Assembly: GCF_000145295.1 (NCBI RefSeq)
Contig: NC_014408.1
Coordinates: 960,001-992,000, forward strand
Reading direction: 5' to 3'
DNA: 32,000 nucleotides
From: Methanothermobacter marburgensis str. Marburg
GTDB taxonomy: Archaea; Methanobacteriota; Methanobacteria; Methanobacteriales; Methanothermobacteraceae
Position numbers and translations under genes: made by a program. The notes beneath the pieces were generated by a model that did not search any database, had not been told where the DNA came from, and saw nothing but the letters and a program-made list of their open reading frames with translations. Below, in pieces: positions 6,989 through 19,074 of the stretch (its first letter is position 1; every line of letters begins with the position of its first letter).

Positions 6989-9499
6989 CTAAATACGTTT
7001 ACCCTTTTCGATGGCCCTCGCAATACCTGAACATTCCTTCAAAATAATTCTCTCTTTAAATGCAGAGGCAACCCTTCCAATGGACTCAACTGTTCTCACC
7101 ATTTTGTCAAGCCAGCTGAAAACATCTCCAGGATACGCCTGAATCTGATATCTTGAGAGAAGCCCCTTACTTATATCCCTGGGGTCCCTGCCACTCATTC
7201 TCTCCCAAAGTATATATTCCGATAATTTTCGCTGAATACACCCACAGAAGGGTCTGTCCATGCATTCACAGGAAAGAAAATCCATCTGTATTCCAAGAAC
7301 AGCCTCCTGTAGATTTTTATCAAGTTTTATGAGATTATCCCCATTGGATATTATATCAAGGGTTGAATCCGCTGTCAATCGGATTGAAACATTGGCGCCA
7401 ACTGCCCTCGTTAATCCTCTATGCATTCTTCCTGAGAGATACGCGCCCTCAAATGGTTCAAGTTCAACCGCAATATCAAGAGGCTTTTTACTGGATTTGA
7501 GGTTCCTCCTTATGTACTCCGCATCCTCCACATTTAGAAATGATCTGGAGACGGCCATCCCATAATCAGTTGCCCTGAGTTCTCCTTTCCTGCTTATAAG
7601 ATCAGATGACTCAAGGAAATCAAGCGCCATGTCTCCACCCATGGTCCATGGCACATCAGGGGTGATATCATGCTCTGATTCAATGGCCCCCGAGGTTATA
7701 TCCGCCAGAAGATTTTCAAGAATGTTTTCATCTGTATGTTGAACCTCAACAGGTTCAGGACCGCTTTCAAGGAGCTCAAGGGCCACAGACTCCTCGGAAT
7801 CACCATCAAATTCCATGCCAATTTCTGCAAGAACATAGACAACTCCCCGGTCATGGTAGGATGGTCTGCCTGCACGTCCAAGCATCTGTGAAAACTCATT
7901 GGGGGTGAGCCAGCGGTTACCCATGAGGAGAGTTTCAAATATAACCTGTGATGCCGGAAAGTCCACTCCCGCTGCAAGTGCCGCTGTGGTGACAACTGCG
8001 GCGAGTTTCTGGGATGCAAAGGCCTTCTCTATCCGCTGCCTTTCAGAGTAGGATAAACCTGCATGATATGCTGCTGCACTGACCCTGTTCCTTGTGAGGT
8101 ACTCTGCAATGATCCTGGTTTTCCTGCGGGAATTTGTGAATATTATTGTCTGTCCCTGGAACCCCTTCCTTGACTTCGAAGAGAACTCGCGTTCTGCAAG
8201 CCCCAGTATGATGTTCTTCTTTTCCTCACCGCTCCTTGAGAATATGAGGTGTCTTTCAAGTGGCACTGGCCTTTTATCATATTCAACCAGCTTCAGACCA
8301 AAATCTGATGCTATTTCCGCGGAGTTTTTGACTGTTGCAGAGAGTGCTATGATCTGGGCGTTCGGGAATAACCTTTTTATCCTCCATATCATGCCGTTAA
8401 GTCTTGCTCCCCTCTCCTCATCCTCAAGGGTATGTATCTCATCAACCACCACCACGCCCACATCGCCGAGGATACCTGCCTTCCCTGACCTCAGGATGTA
8501 GTCGATCCCCTCGTAGGTACCAACTATTATATCCGCATCGGCTATATCGGTATCGGGAATCCTCAGCTCACCCTTTGCCTTTATCCTGCTCATACCAACC
8601 TTTATGGCTGTTTTGAGTCCAAGTGAAGAGTATCTCTTCTTAAAGTCCCTGTACTTCTGGTTTGCAAGGGCAACGAGTGGTGTGAGGTAGATGAACCTTT
8701 CACCCCTCATCGCCCGGGGGATACCTGCAAGTTCCCCCACAAGGGTCTTTCCACTGGCTGTCGCAGATACAACCATAAGACTAGCGCCCTCAAGGAGACC
8801 AGCATCAACTGCAAGGACCTGCACTGGCCTCAGCACCCTGCTGCCCTCTCTTCTTAGAATCCGCTTAAATTTCTCAGGAAGCTCAAGCCTGTCAATGGGC
8901 ACCTTTGGTGTTCTGTCTGCTGTTGCCGTCACCATATCATAGAGTGTCAGTTCATGGTTCGCCAGCGGGTCGAAGCGGGGGGACATCATCTCAAGGACCC
9001 TCTCAAGGCTTACACCCCTCCTGATCAGCCTCCTGAAGTTTCTGAATGCCGATTTATCCATGCCCGCCAGTTTGAGCTCCCTTCTTATTACCTCATCAAC
9101 GCACCTTGAGCATATGATCTGGCCCTCATGCTTCGTTGATGCCTTTGAGCTCACAAGGGTCACATAGCCCTCATGGAGGCAGTGCTGGCATACCCTTGCA
9201 TACCTGTACCTGATACCGTGATTCTCAAGCAGTTCTTCAAGTTCCTCATCCCGCCCTGTTAGAAACACGGCCTGTTTCCTCAGGAGTTTTATGGCCTCTG
9301 AGGGTTTTCTAAGGGTTTCCCTTTCATCCTTCTCCACTGTGAACCTTGCTATTCTGGGGCCAGAGGAGGTTTTTTTGATTTTCAGCTTTCCCCAGTACCC
9401 TGGCTTTCTTCGGGTGTTAAGGGCACCCCTGGGACTTCCAGCAGGTATAAAATCAACTGATCTTTTCCTTCGATTCAGGACTATCATTATATCTCTCAA
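6989..9499 (-). CDS. Superfamily 2 Ski2-like helicase with N-terminal zinc ribbon (ASH-Ski2-type)
   Basis: 836-aa ORF. Helicase motifs: Walker A ATASGKT, VVVDEIH, LSAT and QMLGRAGRP. The N-terminus has CQHC-x24-CSRC, the arrangement described for the euryarchaeal ASH-Ski2 group. A further CxC-x6-CxC cluster sits near the C-terminus. Confidence 0.75.
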   Translation of the reverse strand: MRDIMIVLNRRKRSVDFIPAGSPRGALNTRRKPGYWGKLKIKKTSSGPRIARFTVEKDERETLRKPSEAIKLLRKQAVFLTGRDEELEELLENHGIRYRYARVCQHCLHEGYVTLVSSKASTKHEGQIICSRCVDEVIRRELKLAGMDKSAFRNFRRLIRRGVSLERVLEMMSPRFDPLANHELTLYDMVTATADRTPKVPIDRLELPEKFKRILRREGSRVLRPVQVLAVDAGLLEGASLMVVSATASGKTLVGELAGIPRAMRGERFIYLTPLVALANQKYRDFKKRYSSLGLKTAIKVGMSRIKAKGELRIPDTDIADADIIVGTYEGIDYILRSGKAGILGDVGVVVVDEIHTLEDEERGARLNGMIWRIKRLFPNAQIIALSATVKNSAEIASDFGLKLVEYDKRPVPLERHLIFSRSGEEKKNIILGLAEREFSSKSRKGFQGQTIIFTNSRRKTRIIAEYLTRNRVSAAAYHAGLSYSERQRIEKAFASQKLAAVVTTAALAAGVDFPASQVIFETLLMGNRWLTPNEFSQMLGRAGRPSYHDRGVVYVLAEIGMEFDGDSEESVALELLESGPEPVEVQHTDENILENLLADITSGAIESEHDITPDVPWTMGGDMALDFLESSDLISRKGELRATDYGMAVSRSFLNVEDAEYIRRNLKSSKKPLDIAVELEPFEGAYLSGRMHRGLTRAVGANVSIRLTADSTLDIISNGDNLIKLDKNLQEAVLGIQMDFLSCECMDRPFCGCIQRKLSEYILWERMSGRDPRDISKGLLSRYQIQAYPGDVFSWLDKMVRTVESIGRVASAFKERIILKECSGIARAIEKGKRI

Positions 9500-9510
9500 A
9501 AAATTAAGGG

Positions 9511-11160
9511 TCAGGAGCCTTCTTTCCTCTTCTTGAGGAGTTCAACTGCCAGCTCCCTAAGTTTGAACTTCTGGACCTTCCCGCTTGCTGTTAGTGGGAA
9601 CTCATCAACAAAGAAAACATGTTTCGGGACCTTGTACCTTGCTATCCTCTGGATTGCATAGTCCCTGACATCCTCCTCGAGTATATCTGCACCTTCCTCC
9701 CTGATCACAAAGGCACCGACTATTTCGCCGTACTTCTCATCGGGTATCCCCACAACCTGCACGTCCTTTATACCGGGCATTGTGTGGAGGAACTCCTCGA
9801 TCTCCCTCGGGTAGATGTTCTCGCCGCCCCGGATGATCATGTCCTTTATTCTCCCAACGATTGAGTAGTATCCGTCCTCATCCGTCACCGCAAGGTCGCC
9901 GCTGTGGAGCCACCCCTCCTCATCTATGGCCTCGGCTGTCATCTCAGGCATCTTGTAGTAGCCCTTCATGACGTTGTAGCCCCTGCAGCATATCTCGCCG
10001 GGTTCGCCGGGGCCCAGCTCCTCGCCGGTTTCAGGGTCCACTATCTTGACCTCAATGTGTGGCAGGGGAGTTCCAACGGTTTCGACACGCTTCTCGATGG
10101 GGTCATCCACACTTGTCTGTGTGAAGACCGGGGATGCCTCTGTGAGGCCGTAGGCTATTGTGACCTCCTTCATGTTCATGTCATTCATGACACGCTTCAT
10201 TGCCTCTATGGGGCAGGGTGACCCCGCCATGATCCCTGTTCTGAGGGATGAAAGGTCGAACATGTCAAACATCGGGTGTGTGAACTCTGCTATAAACATG
10301 GTTGGTACACCGTAGAGTGCGGTGCACCTCTCCTTTTCCACCGCTGCAAGTACCAGGAGGGGGTCAAAGAGTTCTATCATGACAAGTGTCCCCCCATGTG
10401 TAAGGATGGCCAGCACCCCCAGAACTATTCCAAAGCAGTGGAATAGTGGCACCGGTAGACACAGACGGTCCTCCTCGGTGAATTTCTGTCTCTCACCGAT
10501 GTAGTAGCCGTTGTTAAGTATGTTCCTGTGGGTGAGCATTACCCCCTTGGGGAAACCTGTGGTCCCCGAGGTGTACTGCATGTTTATGACATCGGTGTTC
10601 TTGAGGGTTGACATCACATTGCGGAGTTCACTGTCAGGGACGTGTTTACCCAGGAACATCAGTTCATTGGTGTTGTACATCCCCCTATGCTTCTGGGCCC
10701 CTATGTATATGACGCTTCGAAGTTCAGGGAACCTTTCACTCCTCAGGTGGCCCCTCTCCTGGGTTTTGAGTTCATGTGCCAGTTCATAGAGTGTCTGCAC
10801 GTAGTCAACGTCCCTGAAACCATCTATGATGGCTATTGCCTTCATGTCAGACTGTTTCATGATATATTCAAGTTCATGGCTCTTGTAGGCGGTGTTCACC
10901 GTTACAAGAACCGCCCCTATCTTTGCTGTTGCAAAGAGGAATGTCAGCCAGTCTGGTACGTTGGTGGCCCAGATACCCACGTGGTCACCCTTCTTTATCC
11001 CGATGGATAACAGGCCCTTTGCAAGGAGGTTGACCCTCTCATTGAACTCCCTGTAGGTGAACCTTAGATCCCTGTCAGGGTATACTATGAACTCCTTATC
11101 AGCGTACCTTTCAACCTGTTTCTCAAAGAATTCCCCTATTGTTTCCTCAGTGAAAACCAT
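9511..11160 (-). CDS. AMP-forming acyl-CoA synthetase (FadD-like, ANL superfamily)
   Basis: 549-aa ORF with the AMP-binding signature [16 protein letters not shown], plus [20 protein letters not shown] and the C-terminal SGKVQK lysine motif. Confidence 0.9.
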   Translation of the reverse strand: MVFTEETIGEFFEKQVERYADKEFIVYPDRDLRFTYREFNERVNLLAKGLLSIGIKKGDHVGIWATNVPDWLTFLFATAKIGAVLVTVNTAYKSHELEYIMKQSDMKAIAIIDGFRDVDYVQTLYELAHELKTQERGHLRSERFPELRSVIYIGAQKHRGMYNTNELMFLGKHVPDSELRNVMSTLKNTDVINMQYTSGTTGFPKGVMLTHRNILNNGYYIGERQKFTEEDRLCLPVPLFHCFGIVLGVLAILTHGGTLVMIELFDPLLVLAAVEKERCTALYGVPTMFIAEFTHPMFDMFDLSSLRTGIMAGSPCPIEAMKRVMNDMNMKEVTIAYGLTEASPVFTQTSVDDPIEKRVETVGTPLPHIEVKIVDPETGEELGPGEPGEICCRGYNVMKGYYKMPEMTAEAIDEEGWLHSGDLAVTDEDGYYSIVGRIKDMIIRGGENIYPREIEEFLHTMPGIKDVQVVGIPDEKYGEIVGAFVIREEGADILEEDVRDYAIQRIARYKVPKHVFFVDEFPLTASGKVQKFKLRELAVELLKKRKEGS

Positions 11161-11178
11161 AAATCCACCCTTTCTATG

Positions 11179-11595
11179 TTAATCCTCTTTCACAAGGTGT
11201 TCTTCAAGCTGTGACCTTATATCAGGGGGTATTGGCTTTTTCCTCTGTTCAATGAAATCGTAGTGGACCAGGACAGCCTTACCCTTTGCCTTGAGTTCCC
11301 CGTCCTGCCATGCCTCGTGGCCTATGGTGAAGGATGAGTTTCCTATGTGTGTTATGTAGCTTCTTATCTCCACGTCACTCCCATAGTACATCTGTGCAAG
11401 GAAGTCGAATTCTGTCCTTACAAGGATTAGTTTCCACTTCTCATAGCTGAGGTCAAGGTCGGGTGTGAACATCCTGAAGATGGGGTTTCTGCCCTTCTCA
11501 AACCAGACCGCTAGGACAGTGTTGTTAACGTGTCTGAGACCATCTATATCCCCAAAACGTGGTGTCACCGTGATTTTGAACATCCTATCATCCAC
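11179..11595 (-). CDS. Acyl-CoA thioesterase, hotdog fold (4HBT/YbgC family)
   Basis: 138-aa ORF with the N-terminal motif VTPRFGDIDGLRHVNNTVLAVWFE, typical of 4HBT-type thioesterases. Its GTG start overlaps the upstream TAG by 1 nt. Confidence 0.8.
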   Translation of the reverse strand: MDDRMFKITVTPRFGDIDGLRHVNNTVLAVWFEKGRNPIFRMFTPDLDLSYEKWKLILVRTEFDFLAQMYYGSDVEIRSYITHIGNSSFTIGHEAWQDGELKAKGKAVLVHYDFIEQRKKPIPPDIRSQLEEHLVKED

Positions 11596-12167
11596 TAGAA
11601 TGGTGTGTAGACAACTGCCAGTATCCTTGCATCATTTTCCCCTGCTGCGTGGAGGTGGTGGGGTACAACAGAGTCATAGTATATGCTGTCCCCTTCACCG
11701 AGCCTGTACTTCTCCTGTCCATAGATGACCTCTATTTCACCCTCCAGGACGTATATGAACTCCTCCCCCTCATGGGATGATAGTTCAAAGTCGTCGCTGT
11801 GGAGTTCAACATCGATCAGGAATGGCTCCATGTGCCTGTCGCTTTTGCCGGCACCAAGGGAGTGGAAGTTGAGGTTGCTTGTATCCGCACTCTCCTCATA
11901 GCCTGAAAAGTGTATGACCCTCTGGGTTTTTCCTTTTCTGACTATAACAGGTTCATCCTGAACCCTGTCATCAAGGAGTGTGCCGAGCCTCACTCCAAGT
12001 GTCCTTGAGATCTTTATGAGGGGTGTGAGTGATGGTAGAATGTCTCCTTCCTCTATTTTCTTGATGAGTTCCCTATTAACTCCACTTCTTTCTGCAAGTT
12101 CCTCCAGTGTGATGTTCTGGTTATCCCTGAGCTGTTTTATTCTTTCTCCCACAGTGTTTGCTGGCAC
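11595..12167 (-). CDS. XRE-family HTH transcriptional regulator with C-terminal cupin domain
   Basis: 190 aa. The HTH is [32 protein letters not shown]. The cupin motifs are [14 protein letters not shown] ... [20 protein letters not shown] lies upstream of the GTG start. Confidence 0.85.
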   Translation of the reverse strand: MPANTVGERIKQLRDNQNITLEELAERSGVNRELIKKIEEGDILPSLTPLIKISRTLGVRLGTLLDDRVQDEPVIVRKGKTQRVIHFSGYEESADTSNLNFHSLGAGKSDRHMEPFLIDVELHSDDFELSSHEGEEFIYVLEGEIEVIYGQEKYRLGEGDSIYYDSVVPHHLHAAGENDARILAVVYTPF

Positions 12168-12266
12168 GTGATCACCTTAAAATATGGTCATATGTATCTA
12201 TTTCTAAAATTTCAGTTTAAAAAAATTGCTGTTTAAAAATGTTCATGAACATAATCTGCCGGTGGA

Positions 12267-12599
12267 TTACTGATCCTGGTTCTGGTCCCTGCTGGCCGTT
12301 GCTGTTCTGTTTGTTCTGTTATCAGTATAGAATGTGACCTCTGTTTCATTGGTTGTGTTGTTGGTGATGTTCATTATGTGTTTCCTCAGGATTACCGGCT
12401 GGAAACCTGGGTTTCCCATGGGTTCTATCTTCTCATCGGAGGGAAGGATGTCTGTGGGAAATTCAACTGCAAAGGATGGTTTTATGAAGATACATACTGT
12501 GGATGAGAAGCCATATGCAACAAGAGCTATCATGAGCACTGCAAAGAGCCTTCCCTTTTTTGTTGAGTTCAATGAAACACCTCTTACTGTTTTTCTCAT
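12267..12599 (-). CDS. Small hypothetical membrane-anchored protein with an Asn/Thr-rich tail
   Basis: 110-aa ORF with one N-terminal TM (LFAVLMIALVAYGFSSTVCIFI) and several N-x-S/T sequons. No clear SD is present, and no family was recognised. Confidence 0.4.
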   Translation of the reverse strand: MRKTVRGVSLNSTKKGRLFAVLMIALVAYGFSSTVCIFIKPSFAVEFPTDILPSDEKIEPMGNPGFQPVILRKHIMNITNNTTNETEVTFYTDNRTNRTATASRDQNQDQ

Positions 12600-12630
12600 T
12601 TTTCTGATATTTTAATGTTGGCATGGTACT

Positions 12631-12646
12631 CGGAAAAAGGTTACCG
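12631..12646 (+). promoter_or_regulatory. Degenerate NrpR-type operator candidate upstream of amt-glnK operon 1
   Basis: CGGAAaaaggtTACCG has one mismatch to the CGGAA-N6-TTCCG palindrome found upstream of operon 2. It lies 7 nt upstream of a TTATATA box (12653-12659), not downstream of it, so its function is doubtful. Confidence 0.25.
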
Positions 12647-12703
12647 GCATCCTTATATAGTCTGGTTTATCATATGGATACCAAAAAAGGAGTGTGATAA
12701 GGA

Positions 12704-14328
<1,625 letters not shown>

Positions 14329-14349
14329 TGGATCAAAAATCATATAAAA

Positions 14350-14386
14350 CCCCTTTTTTAAGGATAATGACAGAAAAAAAGGGGGG
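14350..14386 (+). terminator. Putative terminator of amt1-glnK1 (hairpin including an oligo-T run)
   Basis: CCCCTTTTTT (14350-14359) can pair with AAAAAAGGGG (~14375-14384) across a ~15-nt loop. The T6 run sits 20 nt after the glnK stop. Archaeal termination is oligo-T driven. Confidence 0.45.
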
Positions 14387-14519
14387 AAAGGCTGTCCAGT
14401 GCCCAATTAATCCAGAACTCAGCCTCCCTGATCTCTATTTAACATTTTGCTGTAATTTACCTTTTAGCCCTGAACTTATTTTAGTTTAACCCACTTTACC
14501 TGAAATTTTAACCGAAATC

Positions 14520-14528
14520 TTTATATAT
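14520..14528 (+). promoter_or_regulatory. TATA box of the amt2-glnK2 promoter
   Basis: TTTATATAT is preceded by a purine-rich BRE-like CGAAA. It is positioned ~110 nt upstream of the ATG at 14638, and the operator follows 24 nt downstream. Confidence 0.55.
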
Positions 14529-14551
14529 GAGCATGATCTAAGTGATAGTGT

Positions 14552-14567
14552 CGGAAGTTGATTTCCG
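14552..14567 (+). promoter_or_regulatory. NrpR-type nitrogen operator (CGGAA-N6-TTCCG)
   Basis: cGGAAgttgatTTCCg is an exact match to the GGAA-N6-TTCC operator defined for NrpR at Methanococcus maripaludis nif/glnA promoters. It is located where the transcription start is expected, ~25-30 nt after the TATA box. Confidence 0.65.
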
Positions 14568-14637
14568 CCTTCCGGCATTGAAGTATAAGATTGTAAAAAA
14601 CAGAATAATAACAACAGGTATATGGAGGATGACTCTG

Positions 14638-16210
<1,573 letters not shown>

Positions 16211-16217
16211 CCCATAA

Positions 16218-16385
16218 ACTTTATTTTTTCAGACTAACATACAACCCCCACCGATTTTAATCCCATAATTAAAACTTTATTTTTTCAGACTAACATACAA
16301 CCCCCACCGATTTTAATCCCATAATTAAAACTTTATTTTTTCAGACTAACATACAACCCCCACCGATTTTAATCCCATAATTAAA
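16218..16385. repeat. Perfect tandem direct repeat, 3 x 56 bp
   Basis: The unit ACTTTATTTTTTCAGACTAACATACAACCCCCACCGATTTTAATCCCATAATTAAA occurs at 16218-16273, 16274-16329 and 16330-16385 with no mismatch. A partial CCCATAA (16211-16217) precedes copy 1. The array starts 8 nt after the glnK2 stop. Confidence 0.95.
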
Positions 16386-16436
16386 TAATCTAAGAAATTC
16401 CATACTTCGTATATAGAAAAAGGGGGCTGGGGGTTC

Positions 16437-16958
16437 TTGAAGGGTCAGATAATGCTCATTGCAGTTATCCTGTCAGTATTTTTCATGGGATGCACATCTG
16501 CAGAAGAAAATAACACCACAGCGAACATCACATCAGAAACCCAGCCATCAGTGGAACCACTTGCAACTGGCATTAATTTAAGCGTGGATCCCACAAGCCT
16601 CAACCTCGGAACTGTGGATCCGGATGGAATAGAAAGGGAATACTACACCGCAACAAATGTATCAATAATAACAAGGAGGGGGACCTTAGTGGTCTACCTG
16701 ATGGCCAGCGGTGACCTTATAAGCATAAACAACAGTTCAAACACCATACCCCTTTCAAATCTGAAATACAGCATAAAATATGAGAGTCCCTATGGGCCGA
16801 TCGAGGTCCCAAAAAGAAGTTTTACAACCAGTTACTATATGATATGGACCTACACAGGCCGTGTTAGTGTAGTGATCCCAGTTAATTACTACATAACTGT
16901 ACCCCTCTACACGGACCCCGGCACATACACAGTCACCATAACCTACGTGGCAGTTTAA
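16437..16958 (+). CDS. Secreted hypothetical protein (signal peptide with lipobox-like FFMGC)
   Basis: 173-aa ORF starting at TTG 16437 or ATG 16452. The N-terminus is IMLIAVILSVFFMGCTSAEENN, and the mature part is beta-rich with N-x-S/T sequons. No family was recognised. Confidence 0.6.
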   Translation: MKGQIMLIAVILSVFFMGCTSAEENNTTANITSETQPSVEPLATGINLSVDPTSLNLGTVDPDGIEREYYTATNVSIITRRGTLVVYLMASGDLISINNSSNTIPLSNLKYSIKYESPYGPIEVPKRSFTTSYYMIWTYTGRVSVVIPVNYYITVPLYTDPGTYTVTITYVAV

Positions 16959-16982
16959 ACTAAAAATTAATAATTGAGGGGG

Positions 16983-17864
16983 TCACCATCCCCTATCCTG
17001 CATTCTACCCTCTTCAGGGATCTCGCTGATTTCAAGGCCCCTCATGGCTGTGCCAAGGCCCCTTGAAACCTCCGCTATGACCTCAGGTTCGTCGTAGTGG
17101 GCTGTGGCCTCAACAATGGCCCTCGCATATCCCTCAGGGTTATCTGACTTGAATATTCCAGAACCCACAAAAACGCCATCGGCGCCAAGCTGCATCATGA
17201 GTGCTGCGTCTGCGGGTGTTGCAACCCCACCAGCTGCGAAGTTAACTACGGGGAGCTTTCCAAGGCGGGCTGTTTCCCTCACAAGTTCAAGGGGAGCCTC
17301 AATCTTCCTTGCGAATTCCCAGAGTTCCTCTTCCTCCTTGTTCTGGATCTCCCTGATCTCACCCATCATTATCCTCATGTGCCTAACGGCCTCAACGATG
17401 TTACCAGTTCCAGGTTCCCCCTTGGTCCTTATCATGGCTGCGCCCTCGTCTATCCTCCTGAGTGCCTCCCCAAGGTTTCTTGCACCGCACACAAATGGGA
17501 CAGTGAACTTCTTCTTGTCTATGTGGAAGCGCTCATCTGCAGGGGTTAGGACCTCGCTCTCATCTATCATGTCAACCCCAAGGGCCTCAAGGACCTGGGC
17601 CTCCACGAAGTGTCCTATCCTGACCTTGGCCATCACAGGTATGGACACTGCGTCCATTATCTCCTGAACCTTATTGGGATCGGCCATCCTTGCAACTCCT
17701 CCAGAGGCCCTTATATCCGCGGGTACCTTCTCAAGGGCCATTACAGCGACTGCCCCTGAGTCCTCTGCAATTGCAGCCTGTTCAGCGTTGACAACGTCCA
17801 TTATAACGCCGCCCTTGGTCATCTTTGCAAATCCCTTCTTGAGTACTTCTGTACCATGCAGCAT
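16983..17864 (-). CDS. pdxS: Pyridoxal 5'-phosphate synthase, lyase subunit PdxS
   Basis: PdxS/SNZ motifs: [33 protein letters not shown] and [10 protein letters not shown]. The start is set at ATG 17864 ([13 protein letters not shown]..., 293 aa, GGAGGAG 7 nt upstream) rather than the track start 17915. Confidence 0.93.
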   Translation of the reverse strand: MLHGTEVLKKGFAKMTKGGVIMDVVNAEQAAIAEDSGAVAVMALEKVPADIRASGGVARMADPNKVQEIMDAVSIPVMAKVRIGHFVEAQVLEALGVDMIDESEVLTPADERFHIDKKKFTVPFVCGARNLGEALRRIDEGAAMIRTKGEPGTGNIVEAVRHMRIMMGEIREIQNKEEEELWEFARKIEAPLELVRETARLGKLPVVNFAAGGVATPADAALMMQLGADGVFVGSGIFKSDNPEGYARAIVEATAHYDEPEVIAEVSRGLGTAMRGLEISEIPEEGRMQDRGW

Positions 17865-18019
17865 GATCAATCTCCTCCTGTTAGAATAAACAGCACATTT
17901 ATATCTGAAAACCAACTGTTAAATATCTTGCCCGGGTTGCTGCTCCCGAAAATATTTAAGATGAGGAATCATAACATAAGCAGAGGATGATGAATCATAG
18001 CTAAACCAGCAGGTTTTCC

Positions 18020-18223
18020 GTGATAAAAATGGTGGCAGGAACATTCACAGGGTCTGTGATTTACTCACATGCTGTACCCGCAATTCTTGGATTTACAGGA
18101 CTGATACTCCTATGTAACGGTATGATGGATGATAAGAGGGACCAGGTGCTTGCAGGTCTCGGTTTATTCTTTGCAGCAGGGCTGCTTCCGTTCATCATAC
18201 TGCCCCTGATCCTTGGTATCTGA
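18020..18223 (+). CDS. Small hypothetical membrane protein (2 TM)
   Basis: 67-aa ORF (GTG 18020 or ATG 18029) with two hydrophobic helices. No SD is present and no family was recognised. An antisense ORF overlaps it. Confidence 0.35.
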   Translation: MIKMVAGTFTGSVIYSHAVPAILGFTGLILLCNGMMDDKRDQVLAGLGLFFAAGLLPFIILPLILGI

Positions 18224-18249
18224 AACCATTCCATTGGGAAGCGATTCAC

Positions 18250-19074
18250 TTAAATTTTTCCCTCAAGCTTTCTTGTTGCCATGAGTGATGCAAAGTTTCC
18301 GGCAGCCTCAGGGTCAGAGGTCCTCCTCATATGGACATAGGCAGCCATGTATGTATCCCCCAGCCCTGTTGGGTCAAGTTCCCTTTCTGCAGTAACAGCC
18401 ATTATCCTTATGAGGGACCCCTTATGGGATATCAGGGAGCCCCTGGGTCCACAGGTCACTATGACCTCACCGCAGTGTTCACTGAGTATCCCAATAGCCC
18501 CCATGATGTCACTGGAAACTGCTCGAAGTTCGTTGATATCAAGAAAAGCACCACTCCCCGCCTCCAGGACCCGAGGGATTTTCTTCCTGAATTTCAGTCT
18601 GACCATGTCTCCCGCAGGGTATCTCAGGTAGCCCTGAAGTCCTGTGTAGAGCCTGTGCCTTTTTCCCAGAAACTCCAGGGTCTCCAGGGGTATGTCTGAG
18701 GGCAGAAGAGGCCCTGCAAGGACGGCGGTCCACTCCTCCCTTGCAATTGTTTCAATATCCCCAATTTCAATTGGGTTACTGGCAAAATTGGACCTCTGGA
18801 TCCTCCTCGAGGTATCCCCGTTATCATAGATATTCTCAAACTCAACCGTTGAGTCCCTGTAAAGGGGTATTATGTTTGTATTGGACGGGAATTCACCGAG
18901 AAGGCGCCTGTCAGCCTCTGACAGGGTTACAACTGCCGTGTGGTCAACCCCAAGGTGTGAGAGTAGCCGGGAATAGTAGTAAACGGCGCCCCCCACCCTG
19001 GACTCTGTGGAGTTCCTCCTCACTATCCGGTCCATGCTAACAGGACCAATAAGGAGGTACCTTTCTTTGTTCAC
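18250..19074 (-). CDS. PfkB/ribokinase-family kinase
   Basis: 274 aa with a C-terminal PfkB-type anion-hole motif, DPTGLGDT, and an N-terminal GGAVYY. Its GTG start overlaps the upstream stop (GTGA), which suggests translational coupling with the HisA/HisF-like gene. Confidence 0.7.
   Translation of the reverse strand: MNKERYLLIGPVSMDRIVRRNSTESRVGGAVYYYSRLLSHLGVDHTAVVTLSEADRRLLGEFPSNTNIIPLYRDSTVEFENIYDNGDTSRRIQRSNFASNPIEIGDIETIAREEWTAVLAGPLLPSDIPLETLEFLGKRHRLYTGLQGYLRYPAGDMVRLKFRKKIPRVLEAGSGAFLDINELRAVSSDIMGAIGILSEHCGEVIVTCGPRGSLISHKGSLIRIMAVTAERELDPTGLGDTYMAAYVHMRRTSDPEAAGNFASLMATRKLEGKI

Noticed and set aside
14542-14637. N-terminal extension of the second ammonium transporter in the ORF track ([32 protein letters not shown]...)
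   Set aside because: It would translate through the NrpR-type operator and the 5' UTR, and it has no SD. It is also absent from copy 1, whose protein begins at the equivalent of ATG 14638, which does have GGAGG 9 nt upstream.
16218-16385. The 56-bp repeats as a CRISPR array
   Set aside because: The units are directly abutting with no spacers. Their length is atypical, there are no cas genes, and there is no internal repeat palindrome.
17865-17915. 17-codon N-terminal extension of PdxS ([17 protein letters not shown])
   Set aside because: GGAGGAG sits inside the extension, 7 nt before ATG 17864. PdxS proteins are about 293 aa and begin near the ...[10 protein letters not shown] region.
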